Below, in pieces: positions 10,633-21,006 of a DNA stretch of 64,000 nt. The notes under the pieces are model-generated. The model was not told where the DNA came from, did no database searches, and worked only from the letters and a program-made list of their open reading frames with translations. The translations under genes and the position numbers were made by a program. This DNA comes from Candidatus Kerfeldbacteria bacterium (GTDB taxonomy: Bacteria > Patescibacteriota > Patescibacteriia > SBBC01 > CAIJZX01): contig CAVSWO010000001.1 in the NCBI GenBank assembly GCA_963731735.1, positions 64,761-128,760 on the forward strand, in the 5' to 3' direction. How positions within the stretch are numbered: the stretch's first letter is position 1; every line of letters starts with the position of its first letter.

Positions 10633-11745
10633 ATGGCAGCATCCCAACGGACGTGGATTGAGATTTCAGGTTCTCATCTACGACACAATTTTGCAGCCTA
10701 TCAAGAGTTGCTTGGCCCGGCAGTCTCGATTATGCCGATCGTGAAAGCTCATGGCTATGGTCATGATGCGCAGCTGGTTATTCAGGCCCTGCGCGGTTTT
10801 CGGACAGCCGGTTATGGCGTCGCACATGGTGATGAGGCGTTGACTATCCGGCAAGCCGGGTATCGCGGCCGGCTGATTGTGCTCAGCTCTTGGCAGCTGT
10901 ATCAACTCCCGGAGTTGCTTAGCCAGTCGATTGAATTGGTGGCCTGGGATTGGCCATCCTTGGCTCGGCTAGAAACTCGGGCGCGGTCCGGAGGTCGGGT
11001 AGCGGTTCATCTCAAATTAGATACGGGAACCAGCCGGATCGGTTGGTTGCCGTCTGACCTCCCAAAACTTTACCGGTATTGCAAGTCAACCAGGCTACAA
11101 ATCAAGGGGGTATTTTCCCATCTGGCCAATGCCGAAGAATCAGGTCGAAACTTTACCCAACAGCAAGTAAAACGTTTTACGACACTAATAACGCCGTTGC
11201 TCTCTATCCAGGGGATACAACCGCATATTGCCTGTACCGCATCACTCGGCCGCTATCCAGAGGCTCATTTTGGCCTTGTACGGCTAGGTTTCGGGCTGTA
11301 CGGGTATTTGCCGTCACCGGCGGTTGAAACATGGAATAAAGCCAATCAGGCTAAATTGCGATTACAACCGGTTTTAACGTGGAAAACCCGAGTCCTTCAG
11401 GTTAAACGCGTGCCGGCCGGTACCGCCATTGGCTACGGGTCAACCGCCAAAGTTAAACGCGCAAGTTGGATCGGGATTTTGCCGGTTGGATACTATGACG
11501 GTTATGATCGGCGATTATCCAATTCCGGCTGGGTACGAATTGGTAACCGGACGGTACCGATCATCGGACGGGTGTGTATGAACCTGACCATGATCAATCT
11601 CGGACAGCGTGCTTGCCGTCCCGGTACGGAAGTTACCTTGGTCGGATCACGGGTGCCAGCCACGGACTTGTGTCAGGCGGCCGGTTTGTTCAGTTACGAA
11701 TTTTTAAGTCGGATAAACCCGGAAGTCAGCCGGAGACTGGTATGA
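10633..11745 (+). CDS. alr: alanine racemase
   Basis: PLP-binding VKAHGYGHD motif; 370 aa. Confidence 0.85.
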   Translation: MAASQRTWIEISGSHLRHNFAAYQELLGPAVSIMPIVKAHGYGHDAQLVIQALRGFRTAGYGVAHGDEALTIRQAGYRGRLIVLSSWQLYQLPELLSQSIELVAWDWPSLARLETRARSGGRVAVHLKLDTGTSRIGWLPSDLPKLYRYCKSTRLQIKGVFSHLANAEESGRNFTQQQVKRFTTLITPLLSIQGIQPHIACTASLGRYPEAHFGLVRLGFGLYGYLPSPAVETWNKANQAKLRLQPVLTWKTRVLQVKRVPAGTAIGYGSTAKVKRASWIGILPVGYYDGYDRRLSNSGWVRIGNRTVPIIGRVCMNLTMINLGQRACRPGTEVTLVGSRVPATDLCQAAGLFSYEFLSRINPEVSRRLV

Positions 11746-12749
11746 GTTGGTGGTCACGCAAAAAACGTAAAGTACCCGAGCCAGCCCGCCCAAAAACCCA
11801 GCAGGCGGAAAATCCATTGTACGCTTCAACTGATCCGTCGATTCAGGCTTTTCGACGACGAGTGCTCTATACGACCGGTACGATTGTGGCCGGCATCGTG
11901 ATCGGATTGGCAATCTATGGACCCTGGTTGCGCGTTACCGACGTGCAGATCCGCGGCACACGCTTACTTGACCCTCGCAGTCTCCAATCGGTTACGCAAA
12001 CGTATCTCGATAGTCAGCGTTGGTTGCTCATACCCAATCGAAACGTTTGGTTGCTTTCGCGAGGTCATTTGGCAAACTATTTAACAAAGAAAATTTCCCA
12101 GCGCCTTTCGATTGAACAGGTCAGCGTTAAGAAAAGCTATCCGCATACAATCACGGTCACGGTGGCCGAACGCGTCCCGATCGTCCGTTGGCAATCAGGG
12201 CAACAGCAAGTCACCGTCGACCGTCATGGGGTAGTGATTGAAAGTATCCAGACAGATACCACCGACCAGATACCGCTGGTCCAGGATCAATCGGGCCGTA
12301 GCGTAACGATTGGCCAGCAAGTCATCGCCGCCAATGGAATGGCCGCTATTCAGGAAATACAGCGGCTGTTGACCGAACGCCAACGGAAAATTGAATATTT
12401 TATTGTCCCATTAGCCAATTGTCCGGCTCCGCCAGTGATCGCTCCTGAAGAGACACCGCCGGGTGACCAAACCAATTCGAATCTTAACGCCGCCCAAACA
12501 CCGGTCGTAAATGTCAATCAGGATACCAATCTGGCTGGGCAGAGCGATCTCGGGGTGAATGCCAGTTCAGCGCCGGACCTGCCAGTCTGCGACCAAGCAA
12601 AGCTCCAACTGGAGAGCGTCGAAATTCATGTCCAGCTGGCTGACGGTCCAAAACTGCTGTTTGACCGATTACAAGATTTACCGAATCAGGTTGCGATTGC
12701 CGAGCGGGTACTTGAAGATCCAGACGAACGCCCAAGCTTCCTATATTGA
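11742..12749 (+). CDS. FtsQ/DivIB-like cell division protein (POTRA domain)
   Basis: The ATG overlaps the alr TGA (ATGA). Basic N-terminus, one transmembrane helix, then a POTRA-like region. The ORF-track start at 11574 runs through alr in another frame and is rejected. Confidence 0.55.
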   Translation: MSWWSRKKRKVPEPARPKTQQAENPLYASTDPSIQAFRRRVLYTTGTIVAGIVIGLAIYGPWLRVTDVQIRGTRLLDPRSLQSVTQTYLDSQRWLLIPNRNVWLLSRGHLANYLTKKISQRLSIEQVSVKKSYPHTITVTVAERVPIVRWQSGQQQVTVDRHGVVIESIQTDTTDQIPLVQDQSGRSVTIGQQVIAANGMAAIQEIQRLLTERQRKIEYFIVPLANCPAPPVIAPEETPPGDQTNSNLNAAQTPVVNVNQDTNLAGQSDLGVNASSAPDLPVCDQAKLQLESVEIHVQLADGPKLLFDRLQDLPNQVAIAERVLEDPDERPSFLY

Positions 12750-12867
12750 TGTCCGGTTTGGGGACCGGGTCTACGTCCAGTAGGTTTCCGCTCTCTTTAG
12801 AGACGTAAAAGAAATATTCTGCGACTCTAGATATTCTTGAAACGCCCTAGATGCTGGGCTCCCCTGG

Positions 12868-14236
12868 CTACGGGAGATACTGTAATGGATTGACCGGGAT
12901 CCCGTCTTTGTAGATAGCGAAGTGTAAATGCGCGCCCGTAGTATGACAGGTCACGCGTAAAATGCCACCCGAATGGCAAGCTATACCGGCACCCCAGGTG
13001 TACGGCAAGCCACCGCTATAGCCGAGTTTTTGACCCTGGACAACAATATCCCCTTCACCGACCGCGATCTTGTGCATATGCAAGTATTCCGTCAGGTAGC
13101 CGTCGCTATGTTCAATAATCAACTGGCTCAGGCAGGCTTCCGGTGACGGACTCGGGAAACAGCGAACTTGTTTGACTATTCCCGCCGCCGGTGCCGAAAC
13201 GATCGTATCTTGTGGAACGGCGATATCGAGCGCCCGATGTCCGGATTGAAAATAGGTGGTTATGACTCCATGGACGGGCCAGATGAAACCATCAAAATTA
13301 AAAGTCGGCTGCTCCCCCGCCGCCCGTTGCTTGATTGCACTCGCGACTTGCTGGATGTACGCATAAGCCGCCTGTTCTTGTTTCACGGCTTGTTCATACA
13401 GAGCTTCTGATGAGTTCTGAGCTGATTCAGCTTGGACCAAGAGACTGGATTGTGTCGATTTCAACCCTTCTTGGCTTTGCGCCTGCAGCTCGAGCTGAAG
13501 TTTGGCCTGTTCGACGGCATCTTTTTGATCCTGCTCGTCACTTTGTTTGGATTCAAGCTCCTGGCGTAGACGTTGCAAAGTTTCGACCGACGATTGAATG
13601 TTATCGGTAACCGTGGCCGTTGATTGGTAGGCGTCGAAAAAATCGTTGAAATTATTGTAGACGAGCAAGAGCGATAGCGTTGAGGTACGAGAATTCTTAT
13701 CGAGCAAACGAATATATTCAGCCAGCTGATCGCGTGAAGAATCGATTTGATCGGACTTGGCGTCTAATTTCGTGCTGGAGCTGCGTTATTTGTAAATCGT
13801 GTTTCTCAATTTCAGTCTGTTTACTCTTAATATCCAAATCCAATAATGCGATTTCATTATTAATCAAAGAAATTTGGGACTGAATCCCCTGGACCTGATC
13901 TTGGTATTGAGAAATTTGCTGTTTGTACTGATCTGCCTGGGTACTGATTTGTTCAATCTCTTTGCGTTTATCTTCAATCTGGTTATTTAAATCAGCAATG
14001 TCTTGGGCTTGCAGATCCTCGGGGTTAGGCGGTGTTGAACCGGTGCAATTCCCTTGCGCATCAACCAGCGGACATGGGCCAGTATCCTGACCAAAAGCCT
14101 GTTTGATACTCGGCCCGGTCATCACAAAAACAGCCAACATGAGCAAGCTGGCCAAAGAGACAGTTATGACTTTTCGTGTGTGTTTTTCGGGCTTCATCCG
14201 AGTTCCAAGGCTACCATGAAATCGAAGGTTTGTCAA
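12868..14236 (-). pseudogene. EnvC/LytM-like M23 metallopeptidase, split by a frameshift near 13710-13800
   Basis: ORF 13718-14236 gives a signal peptide and a Q-rich coiled-coil. ORF 12868-13707 continues the coiled-coil (…LDAKSDQIDSSRDQLAEY… read upstream of its TTG) and ends in a LytM domain (HRALDIAV, HLHF). Confidence 0.6.
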
Positions 14237-15708
14237 CCCTCAAGTTTGGTGGCGATGGTTGTGAGTCGACGGACTGACTCTTCGGGTCCGAGCAGCGCGA
14301 GCAAATCAAATACATCCGGACTCCCCCGACGGAGCGACAAGCCTACTCGCGCCGGCCACAGCACCGCCCCATTCGTCAGGTTAGCATCTTTGATGGCCGC
14401 CAATGCAATGCTTTTCAAGCCAGCTGGATCCCAAGGAGACGGTTGCCGCTTCAGCCACTCCGTAAACCACTGCAGGTCCTGTTTGACCTTTTCCGGAGTA
14501 CCTTTTTTCGGAATTAGCAACTCGCCAGTGAAATCCTTTTGCTCCGTGTCCCAAACGGGTCGAAATACAAAATTTATCAATTCGTTAATTTCCCCCAACC
14601 GTATCATGCGTTCTCGGACTAACTCAATTGCGCGGGTTTCAAAATCTTCACCGGGTGAATCGGATGGAATTTTCCAAAAAGTTTTCAATCGGTCGCGTAA
14701 TTCTTGACTGGGAAATTGACGAATATACCAACCGTTCAGCCAGTCAAGTTTGGCTTGATCGAACTTGGCTCCGGAAGGATTAACGTCTTCGAGACGAAAT
14801 TGCTGCAGCATGTCCTCCATACTCAAAACTTCGTTTTCACCTTTCGGATGCCAACCCATCAGGACAAAAAAGTTACGCATAGCTTCCGGGAGATAGCCCA
14901 GGTCACGAAAGGCCAGCGCCGAGGCGGCCCCGTGGCGTTTTGAAAGTTTTGAACCATCGGATCCTAAAATAAGTGGCAAATGCGCATAGATAGGCGGCGC
15001 CCAGCCTAACGCATGATACAGCCAAATATGTTTCCCGACTGATGGTAACCATTCTTCAGCCCGAATAACATGGGATATTTTCATGGCATGGTCATCGACC
15101 ACCACCGCCAAGTGATAGGTTGGAAACCCGTCGGACTTCAGCAACACACTATCATCCAGTTGATGGAATGCGAAAGTAACCCGCCCCCGAATCAAATCTT
15201 GATGTTCAATCGAACCGCTGGCCGGTAAATTCATCCGAATAACCGCCGCCTCTCCCCCGCGCCGACGAGCCTCGACGTCAGCAGGTTTTAGTGTCGCACA
15301 ATGTTTATCATATCTGGGCGGTTGTTTCGCGGCCGTCTGCTGTTTTCGTAATTGGTCCAAGCGCTCCGGTGTACAGAAGCAGTAATAGGCTTTATTTTCG
15401 GCTACCAATTGTTCGGCATATTTTTTATACCGTTCAAGACGTTGGCTTTGAATATACGGACCGTATGGCCCGCCTTGCTGTGGACCCTCATCAGGCGTTA
15501 GGCCGTACCAATCGAGGGCTTCAAAAATTCGATCCGCACTGCCGGCCACCAGGCGTTTCTGGTCGGTGTCCTCGATCCGGAGGACGAACGTGCCCTGGTG
15601 CTGGCGAGCAAATAACCACTGGAACATGGCGATCCAAATTGTGCCGATGTGGACTTCACCGGTTGGTGATGGTGCTAAGCGGACGCGGACGGAATTATGA
15701 TCGGCCAT
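14233..15708 (-). CDS. gltX: glutamyl-tRNA synthetase
   Basis: PSPTGEVHIGT (HIGH-type motif) and KLSKRHG (KMSKS). Start taken at MADHNSVRV. Confidence 0.88.
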   Translation of the reverse strand: MADHNSVRVRLAPSPTGEVHIGTIWIAMFQWLFARQHQGTFVLRIEDTDQKRLVAGSADRIFEALDWYGLTPDEGPQQGGPYGPYIQSQRLERYKKYAEQLVAENKAYYCFCTPERLDQLRKQQTAAKQPPRYDKHCATLKPADVEARRRGGEAAVIRMNLPASGSIEHQDLIRGRVTFAFHQLDDSVLLKSDGFPTYHLAVVVDDHAMKISHVIRAEEWLPSVGKHIWLYHALGWAPPIYAHLPLILGSDGSKLSKRHGAASALAFRDLGYLPEAMRNFFVLMGWHPKGENEVLSMEDMLQQFRLEDVNPSGAKFDQAKLDWLNGWYIRQFPSQELRDRLKTFWKIPSDSPGEDFETRAIELVRERMIRLGEINELINFVFRPVWDTEQKDFTGELLIPKKGTPEKVKQDLQWFTEWLKRQPSPWDPAGLKSIALAAIKDANLTNGAVLWPARVGLSLRRGSPDVFDLLALLGPEESVRRLTTIATKLEG

Positions 15709-16474
15709 AGTGTCGATGCAAGAGAGTTCGGACAAAGTTCCAGGTGGCATTATACACCCGTTGGCGTCGATGCCGCGGATCGTGGAACTTTCCGGCCTGC
15801 AGCCAGGTCCAAAGCCATTCTAAACCACCGGCCCGGACCCAGCGCGGAGGACGCTGAATGGCGCCGGCCAAATAATCAAAAGTTCGCCCGATTCCGATCG
15901 CTAACTTAACCTGGTGCAAAGCTTGGCGATGCTGCGCTATCCAGAGCTCCTGTTTCGGCGCGCCCAGCGCGACCAGGAGAATATCAGGTTTCGCCCGATG
16001 AATCTTTTCTATTACCCGATGATCAGCTAACCGTTGCCACCAACCGCGGTACCCTGATTCAAATCCCGCGATATGCAGCTTTGGATAGGTACGCTTGAGA
16101 GCCACACTCGCACGTTCGGCAATGCCCGGCGCTCCTCCATACAGAAAAACACTGTATCCCCGCTGCGTGGCGCGTTCGAGTAAAGCCAGAACAAAATCCA
16201 CGCCGGGTACCCGATGTTTGAGCGGCTGTCGAATCAGTCGTGACCCAACCCACAGTCCCATCCCATCCGGTAACGACAAATCACTCTGGTTGAGAATCTT
16301 GAGAAATTTTGGATGTTGACTGGCTTCCAGTAAGAATTCCGGGCCGGGCGTCACCACCTGGTGAAAGCCTCCAGACCGAATCATCTGCTCAGCGCGATCG
16401 ACCGCCTCACCTAAACTCAGATCGTCAATCCGGACATCCAGCATCGTATGGGTAGGTTTCGGCATAGATTGCAT
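15695..16474 (-). CDS. WecB/TagA/CpsF-family glycosyltransferase (UDP-ManNAc(A) transferase-like)
   Basis: Family-typical sequence (LSLPDGMGLWVGSRL..., YGGAPGIAERA..., ALGAPKQELW). The exact start is uncertain, with in-frame Met candidates at 16522, 16474, 16465 and 16444. Confidence 0.7.
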   Translation of the reverse strand: MQSMPKPTHTMLDVRIDDLSLGEAVDRAEQMIRSGGFHQVVTPGPEFLLEASQHPKFLKILNQSDLSLPDGMGLWVGSRLIRQPLKHRVPGVDFVLALLERATQRGYSVFLYGGAPGIAERASVALKRTYPKLHIAGFESGYRGWWQRLADHRVIEKIHRAKPDILLVALGAPKQELWIAQHRQALHQVKLAIGIGRTFDYLAGAIQRPPRWVRAGGLEWLWTWLQAGKFHDPRHRRQRVYNATWNFVRTLLHRHYGRS

Positions 16475-16506
16475 TCTACTCGAAAAAGTGCTATACTTCA
16501 AGCAGT

Positions 16507-17943
16507 ATGTGGAAACAAACACTCACCCTGGTTGCCATTATTTTGGGAATGGTTTGGTTTGCCCCAACAGCCAAAGCCGCGCCGGGTAGCTTTAACGCTA
16601 ACCTGGTGATTTTTGATGATGAAATGACAAATTATCAGGGTTTCTCGACTGATTGGGTACAAGCCTTCCTGAACAACCAACCCGGGGTCTTGAAGAGCTA
16701 CACAACCGGAGGAAAATCCGCCGCCCAAATAATTTATGAAACGGCTGCCAAGTATCATATCAATCCGCAGTTCCTGCTGGCCAATATGCAGAAAGAATCA
16801 AGTATCTTAACCCGCACAAGTTTTGGCAGCCTCGGTCAACAATACTACTTAGACTGGGTTATGTTCTACGGATGGTGCGACAGCTGCTCAACCGGGTCCA
16901 ATAAAGGTTTTGCTAATCAAGTCGAGGCGGCGGCCTGGCAATTTCGACGCTATGTTGATCAAATTGCCGTCAATGGATATACCACCTATGGCGGTTGGGG
17001 TCCGGGGATAACTAAATCAATGCAATGCATCGCGAGTGACGCAAATCGCGGACTGTGTACCAATGGCACGACCATTCAAATCACTCCAGGGAATGCCGCC
17101 ACCGCCGCCTTGTACGCTTACACGCCGCATCCCGGCGGCAACTATAGTTTTTGGTCGATTTGGAAAACGTTTCGATTCGATTTAGTTCGGAAATATCCGG
17201 ACGGTTCATTAATCCGAGCGGCCGGTGACCCACGGGTGTGGTTGATTCAAAACGGCCGGAAACGCTGGTTCACCAATAGCACGGTCTTTACCTCGGGGTA
17301 CAGTTTCGCGGACGTGATTAGCGTTCCGAGTGACCACCTCTTGCTGTATCCGACCGGGACCGAAATTAGTTACCCGAACTATTCGCTGCTGGCTTCGCCA
17401 TCAGGCGGCATTTATCTCCTTTCGAATGACACCAAACGTCCGATAAAATCACGACAAGCCTTTAATGCGGCCGGTTTTGATTGGGGTCGGATTATTCATG
17501 TCGATTGGAAGGAACTAAACAAATATCCAGACGGCACGGAAGTGACTGTCAATAACGCCTACCCGGCTGGTCATTTGCTCCAAAATAATCAAACCGGCGC
17601 GGTATATTTTGTGAAGGATAGCAAGCGTTACCCAATTGTCTGTCGCGAAATTCTCTATTCGCAATTCAACCACTCCCCGATTTCGGCCGTGGCACCCGCT
17701 GAAATCGCTAAATTTACTGAAGGGCCGCCGGTTGGATTTAAAGATGGTGACCTGGTGACCGCCGGCAGTACCGCGTACTTTATTTCACAAGGCTATAAAT
17801 TACCGATCGCCGATCCGGAAACCTTTAACGCCTATCGGTTCGGTTGGGGTAATCTTCGGCACGTCAGCGATTCCTGTCTGAAAGTCCATCCAACCGGTCC
17901 GCAGTTAACCGTGACCCAACCCGTCCAATCAGCGAGTCAATAA
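16507..17943 (+). CDS. secreted protein: glucosaminidase-like N-terminal domain plus C-terminal 60-aa tandem repeats (putative cell-wall hydrolase)
   Basis: Signal peptide (MWKQTLTLVAIILGMVWFAPTAKA). AAQIIYETAAKYHINPQFLLANMQKESS resembles the FlgJ/LytD glucosaminidase motif. Repeated YPDG…W/F modules. Confidence 0.45.
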   Translation: MWKQTLTLVAIILGMVWFAPTAKAAPGSFNANLVIFDDEMTNYQGFSTDWVQAFLNNQPGVLKSYTTGGKSAAQIIYETAAKYHINPQFLLANMQKESSILTRTSFGSLGQQYYLDWVMFYGWCDSCSTGSNKGFANQVEAAAWQFRRYVDQIAVNGYTTYGGWGPGITKSMQCIASDANRGLCTNGTTIQITPGNAATAALYAYTPHPGGNYSFWSIWKTFRFDLVRKYPDGSLIRAAGDPRVWLIQNGRKRWFTNSTVFTSGYSFADVISVPSDHLLLYPTGTEISYPNYSLLASPSGGIYLLSNDTKRPIKSRQAFNAAGFDWGRIIHVDWKELNKYPDGTEVTVNNAYPAGHLLQNNQTGAVYFVKDSKRYPIVCREILYSQFNHSPISAVAPAEIAKFTEGPPVGFKDGDLVTAGSTAYFISQGYKLPIADPETFNAYRFGWGNLRHVSDSCLKVHPTGPQLTVTQPVQSASQ

Positions 17944-17946
17944 TCC

Positions 17947-18718
17947 ATGGCGATTGTTTTTGCCGCAGTTGTGCCGCATTCACCACTGCTCGTTCCGGGT
18001 ATCGCAAAAAATCATCAACGTCTTTCGAATGGGGACCCGTCAAATGGTGGCGCAGCTGGGAGAGGAACTGCACGCCGCACAACCTGACGTTTGGGTGGTG
18101 TTAAGCCCGCATGGTCCGGCCCTTACCGGCAGCGTCGGGATAGCAGTCGATGAAAAACTCCAAGGGAGTTTAGTTGATTTTGGCGATATCCAAGATCGGT
18201 TGGAGCTCCCAGGCAGTCCAAAATTAGCTCATAGTTTGCGTCAACGGGCGGAAGACCAGGCGGCCGCCGTTAATTTGTATACCCCAGCCAGTCTTGATTA
18301 TGGCGTGGTGGTGCCGGTGATGCTGTTACAAGGACCGACCCCGGCGGCCGTCTTGCCGATTGATTTGGGAGGGTTACAGGAGTCCACGGCTATTCATTTC
18401 GGACGGGTGCTTGGCGACTGGGCCACCGAACGTCATGAACGAATTGCGGTGCTGGCTTCGGCTGACTGGTCCCGGCGTGAACAACCCGAACATCCGAACC
18501 AAGAACGCCCAACGCCGGAGGAGCGCCTCGTCTCGGAGGCAATTTCGGCTGTTGATCCGGCTCGCATGGTGCAACCCCAACCGTCCGACACCTGCGGTCA
18601 TCTACCAGTACTGACATTACTGGCCGCAATGCAAACACTCAACGCCCACGGCGTAATTCGATCATTTGAAGCACCCTATGGCGTTGGTTTGCTGACAGCG
18701 GCTATCATGCCACATTGA
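17947..18718 (+). CDS. LigB/Memo-superfamily (class III extradiol dioxygenase-like) protein; apparent +1 frameshift in an A6 run near 18004-18010
   Basis: Frame 1 from the ATG at 17947 gives MAIVFAAVVPHSPLLVPGIAK. Frame 2 continues …TRQMVAQLGEELHAAQPDVWVVLSPHGP…. Removing one A fuses them into IAKIINVFRMGTRQ…. Confidence 0.5.
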
Positions 18719-18719
18719 T

Positions 18720-20462
18720 ATGCTGGTTAACGTTGTTCCGCTGCGACGGCTAAGCGCAGATCACGATTGGTTTACCTACGAGCTGCCGGATGAAGTTCTG
18801 GTTCCCATCGGAAGCTTGGTCGAAGTGCCTTTTGGGCGACAACAAATCCGCGGCATAGTCTGGGAACCGGCCAGTCAGGCTCCGGCCCATCTCAAAAAAG
18901 TAACCCGCCCGCTGATCCCGAGTACGGTGGTATCACCATGGCTTCGTTTATTGGCATCGCTTGTTGCCCAAACCTATCAGGTGTCATTGGCCTCGATCCT
19001 GCAGACCGCGCTACCAACTTTTCCCAAGAAAATCACCGATGATTGGATTCCGGCCAGGCAACAGTCCGCCGTCTCAAAACCGGACCCACAAACACTTTGG
19101 TATCGCGATCGGAAGTTTGCTTTGGAAGCGCTGGAAAATTGGATTAGCCAGTCACCGACGCGCCCGACGTTGGCTGTATTTCCTACTATTGAAACCGCGA
19201 CGGAAGCTTATAACCGGTTAGCTAAAAAGTACTCCCCCACCCTCGTAACCAGTCAACTGCCACCCGCCGCCATCAGAAAAATATATCGCGGTATTTTAAC
19301 TGGATCGATTCAAACAGTGATCGGTACAGTTTCGGGGCTCTGGTTACCTTGGCCGTCATTTCCCTCGCTGTGGGTTGATCAGGAAGAACACCCCGGACAC
19401 AAGCAACTCCGACAACATCCCCGTTTACACCTGCCGTCGTTGCTGGCGTCGCTGCCAACTGACCAAACCGTGACGACTCCGGCTCCGAGCGTCTCGTGGT
19501 ATCATCTTCACCAACCCCCCAGCCCTCCTCCAGCCGGTCAACGCATGCTTTGGCGATTGGATCAGCCCCTCGTCCATCCATGGATTACGGCGGAGTTTGG
19601 CGATGCTCTTCAACGAGCAACCCCTCGTCAACCGATTTTTTGTATCCTTCCCCGCCACGGCGATGCGCATCTGTTCCGTTGTCCTGAATGTAGTTTTATT
19701 TTACGCTGCAAACACTGCCAGACCATTGCCAGAATTACCAACCAGCAGTCGCCACAAACCTGTCAAATTTGCCGCCAACCAATCGCCGTGCCGACGGTCT
19801 GCCCGAATTGCCAAAGTCCGAAATTTGGACCAAGCGGTTTATCACGCACAACTTTTTTTCAACAACTCGCCAGTCGCTATCCGGAGCTGACTGTTCAATC
19901 GACCTGGCCGGCCGACCAAGAATTTGCGCTTGGCATCGGTACCTATCAGGACGTCCGTCATTTGCAAAACGATCGTGATTGGCAAGCCGGAGTGTTTGTC
20001 AGCGGTGACAGTTTGCGTTCCTGGCCGGATTTTTCCGCGGATGAACGGGCCTGGCAATATACCGCCCGAGTAGCCAGTCAATTGCCCGCTACACCAATCG
20101 CCATCCAAACGTACAATCATCAGGATGTTTTTTGGCAACGTTGGGTAACCCATAATGACCAGGCCTGGTACGCCCATGAACTTTCGCTACGAACCACCTT
20201 GGCATTACCGCCGATGGTTGATTCCTGGATCATGACCTATCCCGGTCCGGCGCCGGAGCAAGCCGTTTCGGTTGCGCTCCAAGCGCTTGAAAAATTCACT
20301 GCGCGCATTACGGTCCGGCGCTTACCACGCGAGGTCGGCCAACGTTCTGAACGACTTTGGATCGCCGCCAAGGGTATCCAAACGGTCACCGAGATTCTCC
20401 CGGCTACACTCTTCCCGTTCCCCTGGCAACGAGACCCGCATGTGACGTCGTGGTTGACTTGA
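18720..20462 (+). CDS. priA: primosomal protein N' (PriA) homolog with degenerate helicase ATPase motifs
   Basis: PriA-type N-terminal 3'-DNA-binding domain, four CxxC zinc-binding pairs (CPECSF…CKHCQ…CQICRQ…CPNCQ), and a C-terminal FSADERAWQY motif. Sits upstream of def and fmt. No GxGKT Walker A, and the DEAH box reads DQEEH. Confidence 0.7.
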   Translation: MLVNVVPLRRLSADHDWFTYELPDEVLVPIGSLVEVPFGRQQIRGIVWEPASQAPAHLKKVTRPLIPSTVVSPWLRLLASLVAQTYQVSLASILQTALPTFPKKITDDWIPARQQSAVSKPDPQTLWYRDRKFALEALENWISQSPTRPTLAVFPTIETATEAYNRLAKKYSPTLVTSQLPPAAIRKIYRGILTGSIQTVIGTVSGLWLPWPSFPSLWVDQEEHPGHKQLRQHPRLHLPSLLASLPTDQTVTTPAPSVSWYHLHQPPSPPPAGQRMLWRLDQPLVHPWITAEFGDALQRATPRQPIFCILPRHGDAHLFRCPECSFILRCKHCQTIARITNQQSPQTCQICRQPIAVPTVCPNCQSPKFGPSGLSRTTFFQQLASRYPELTVQSTWPADQEFALGIGTYQDVRHLQNDRDWQAGVFVSGDSLRSWPDFSADERAWQYTARVASQLPATPIAIQTYNHQDVFWQRWVTHNDQAWYAHELSLRTTLALPPMVDSWIMTYPGPAPEQAVSVALQALEKFTARITVRRLPREVGQRSERLWIAAKGIQTVTEILPATLFPFPWQRDPHVTSWLT

Positions 20463-20496
20463 AATTCGTTCGTTTTTCCCGTACACTCCGCCCCGT

Positions 20497-21006
20497 ATGC
20501 GATCGCGCACAAAATTACCACTCTGGTTGTTAGCCAAGCCCAAGCAGGCGGAGGTACTCCGGATGCCCGCCTCACCTGTCGTGCATGCCGACATTCAAAC
20601 GGATGCCTTTCAAGACTTGATTGATGATATGCTCCAGACGATGGTCCAGGCTCACGGAGTTGGTTTGGCCGCCCCACAAATCGGCCGTTCGATTCGACTG
20701 GCGGTGATTGACGGTTACGCGAATCATCGTGACCAACCCTACGTGTTAATTAACCCGACGCTCAGTCGCATGAGCAGTCAGCAAAATGACCTGGAAGAAG
20801 GGTGCTTATCAATTCCGAAAGTTTTTGGCGAAGTCCCTCGCGCTTCTCGCCTCCAATTGGACGCGCTTGATCGCGACGGCCAATCCTATACCATCCAGGC
20901 CGAGGATTTTTTCGCCCGGGTAATTCAGCACGAAGTTGATCATCTGAATGGACGGCTGTATATCGATCGGATGCATCATCTCACCAAGGGTACGTTACCA
21001 TCATGA
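20497..21006 (+). CDS. def: peptide deformylase
   Basis: GVGLAAPQIG, EGCLSIP and HEVDHLNG motifs. Confidence 0.9.
   Translation: MRSRTKLPLWLLAKPKQAEVLRMPASPVVHADIQTDAFQDLIDDMLQTMVQAHGVGLAAPQIGRSIRLAVIDGYANHRDQPYVLINPTLSRMSSQQNDLEEGCLSIPKVFGEVPRASRLQLDALDRDGQSYTIQAEDFFARVIQHEVDHLNGRLYIDRMHHLTKGTLPS

Noticed and set aside
11574-11741. Upstream 56 codons of the FtsQ-like ORF
   Set aside because: They lie inside the alanine racemase gene in another frame. The start was moved to the ATG overlapping the alr stop.
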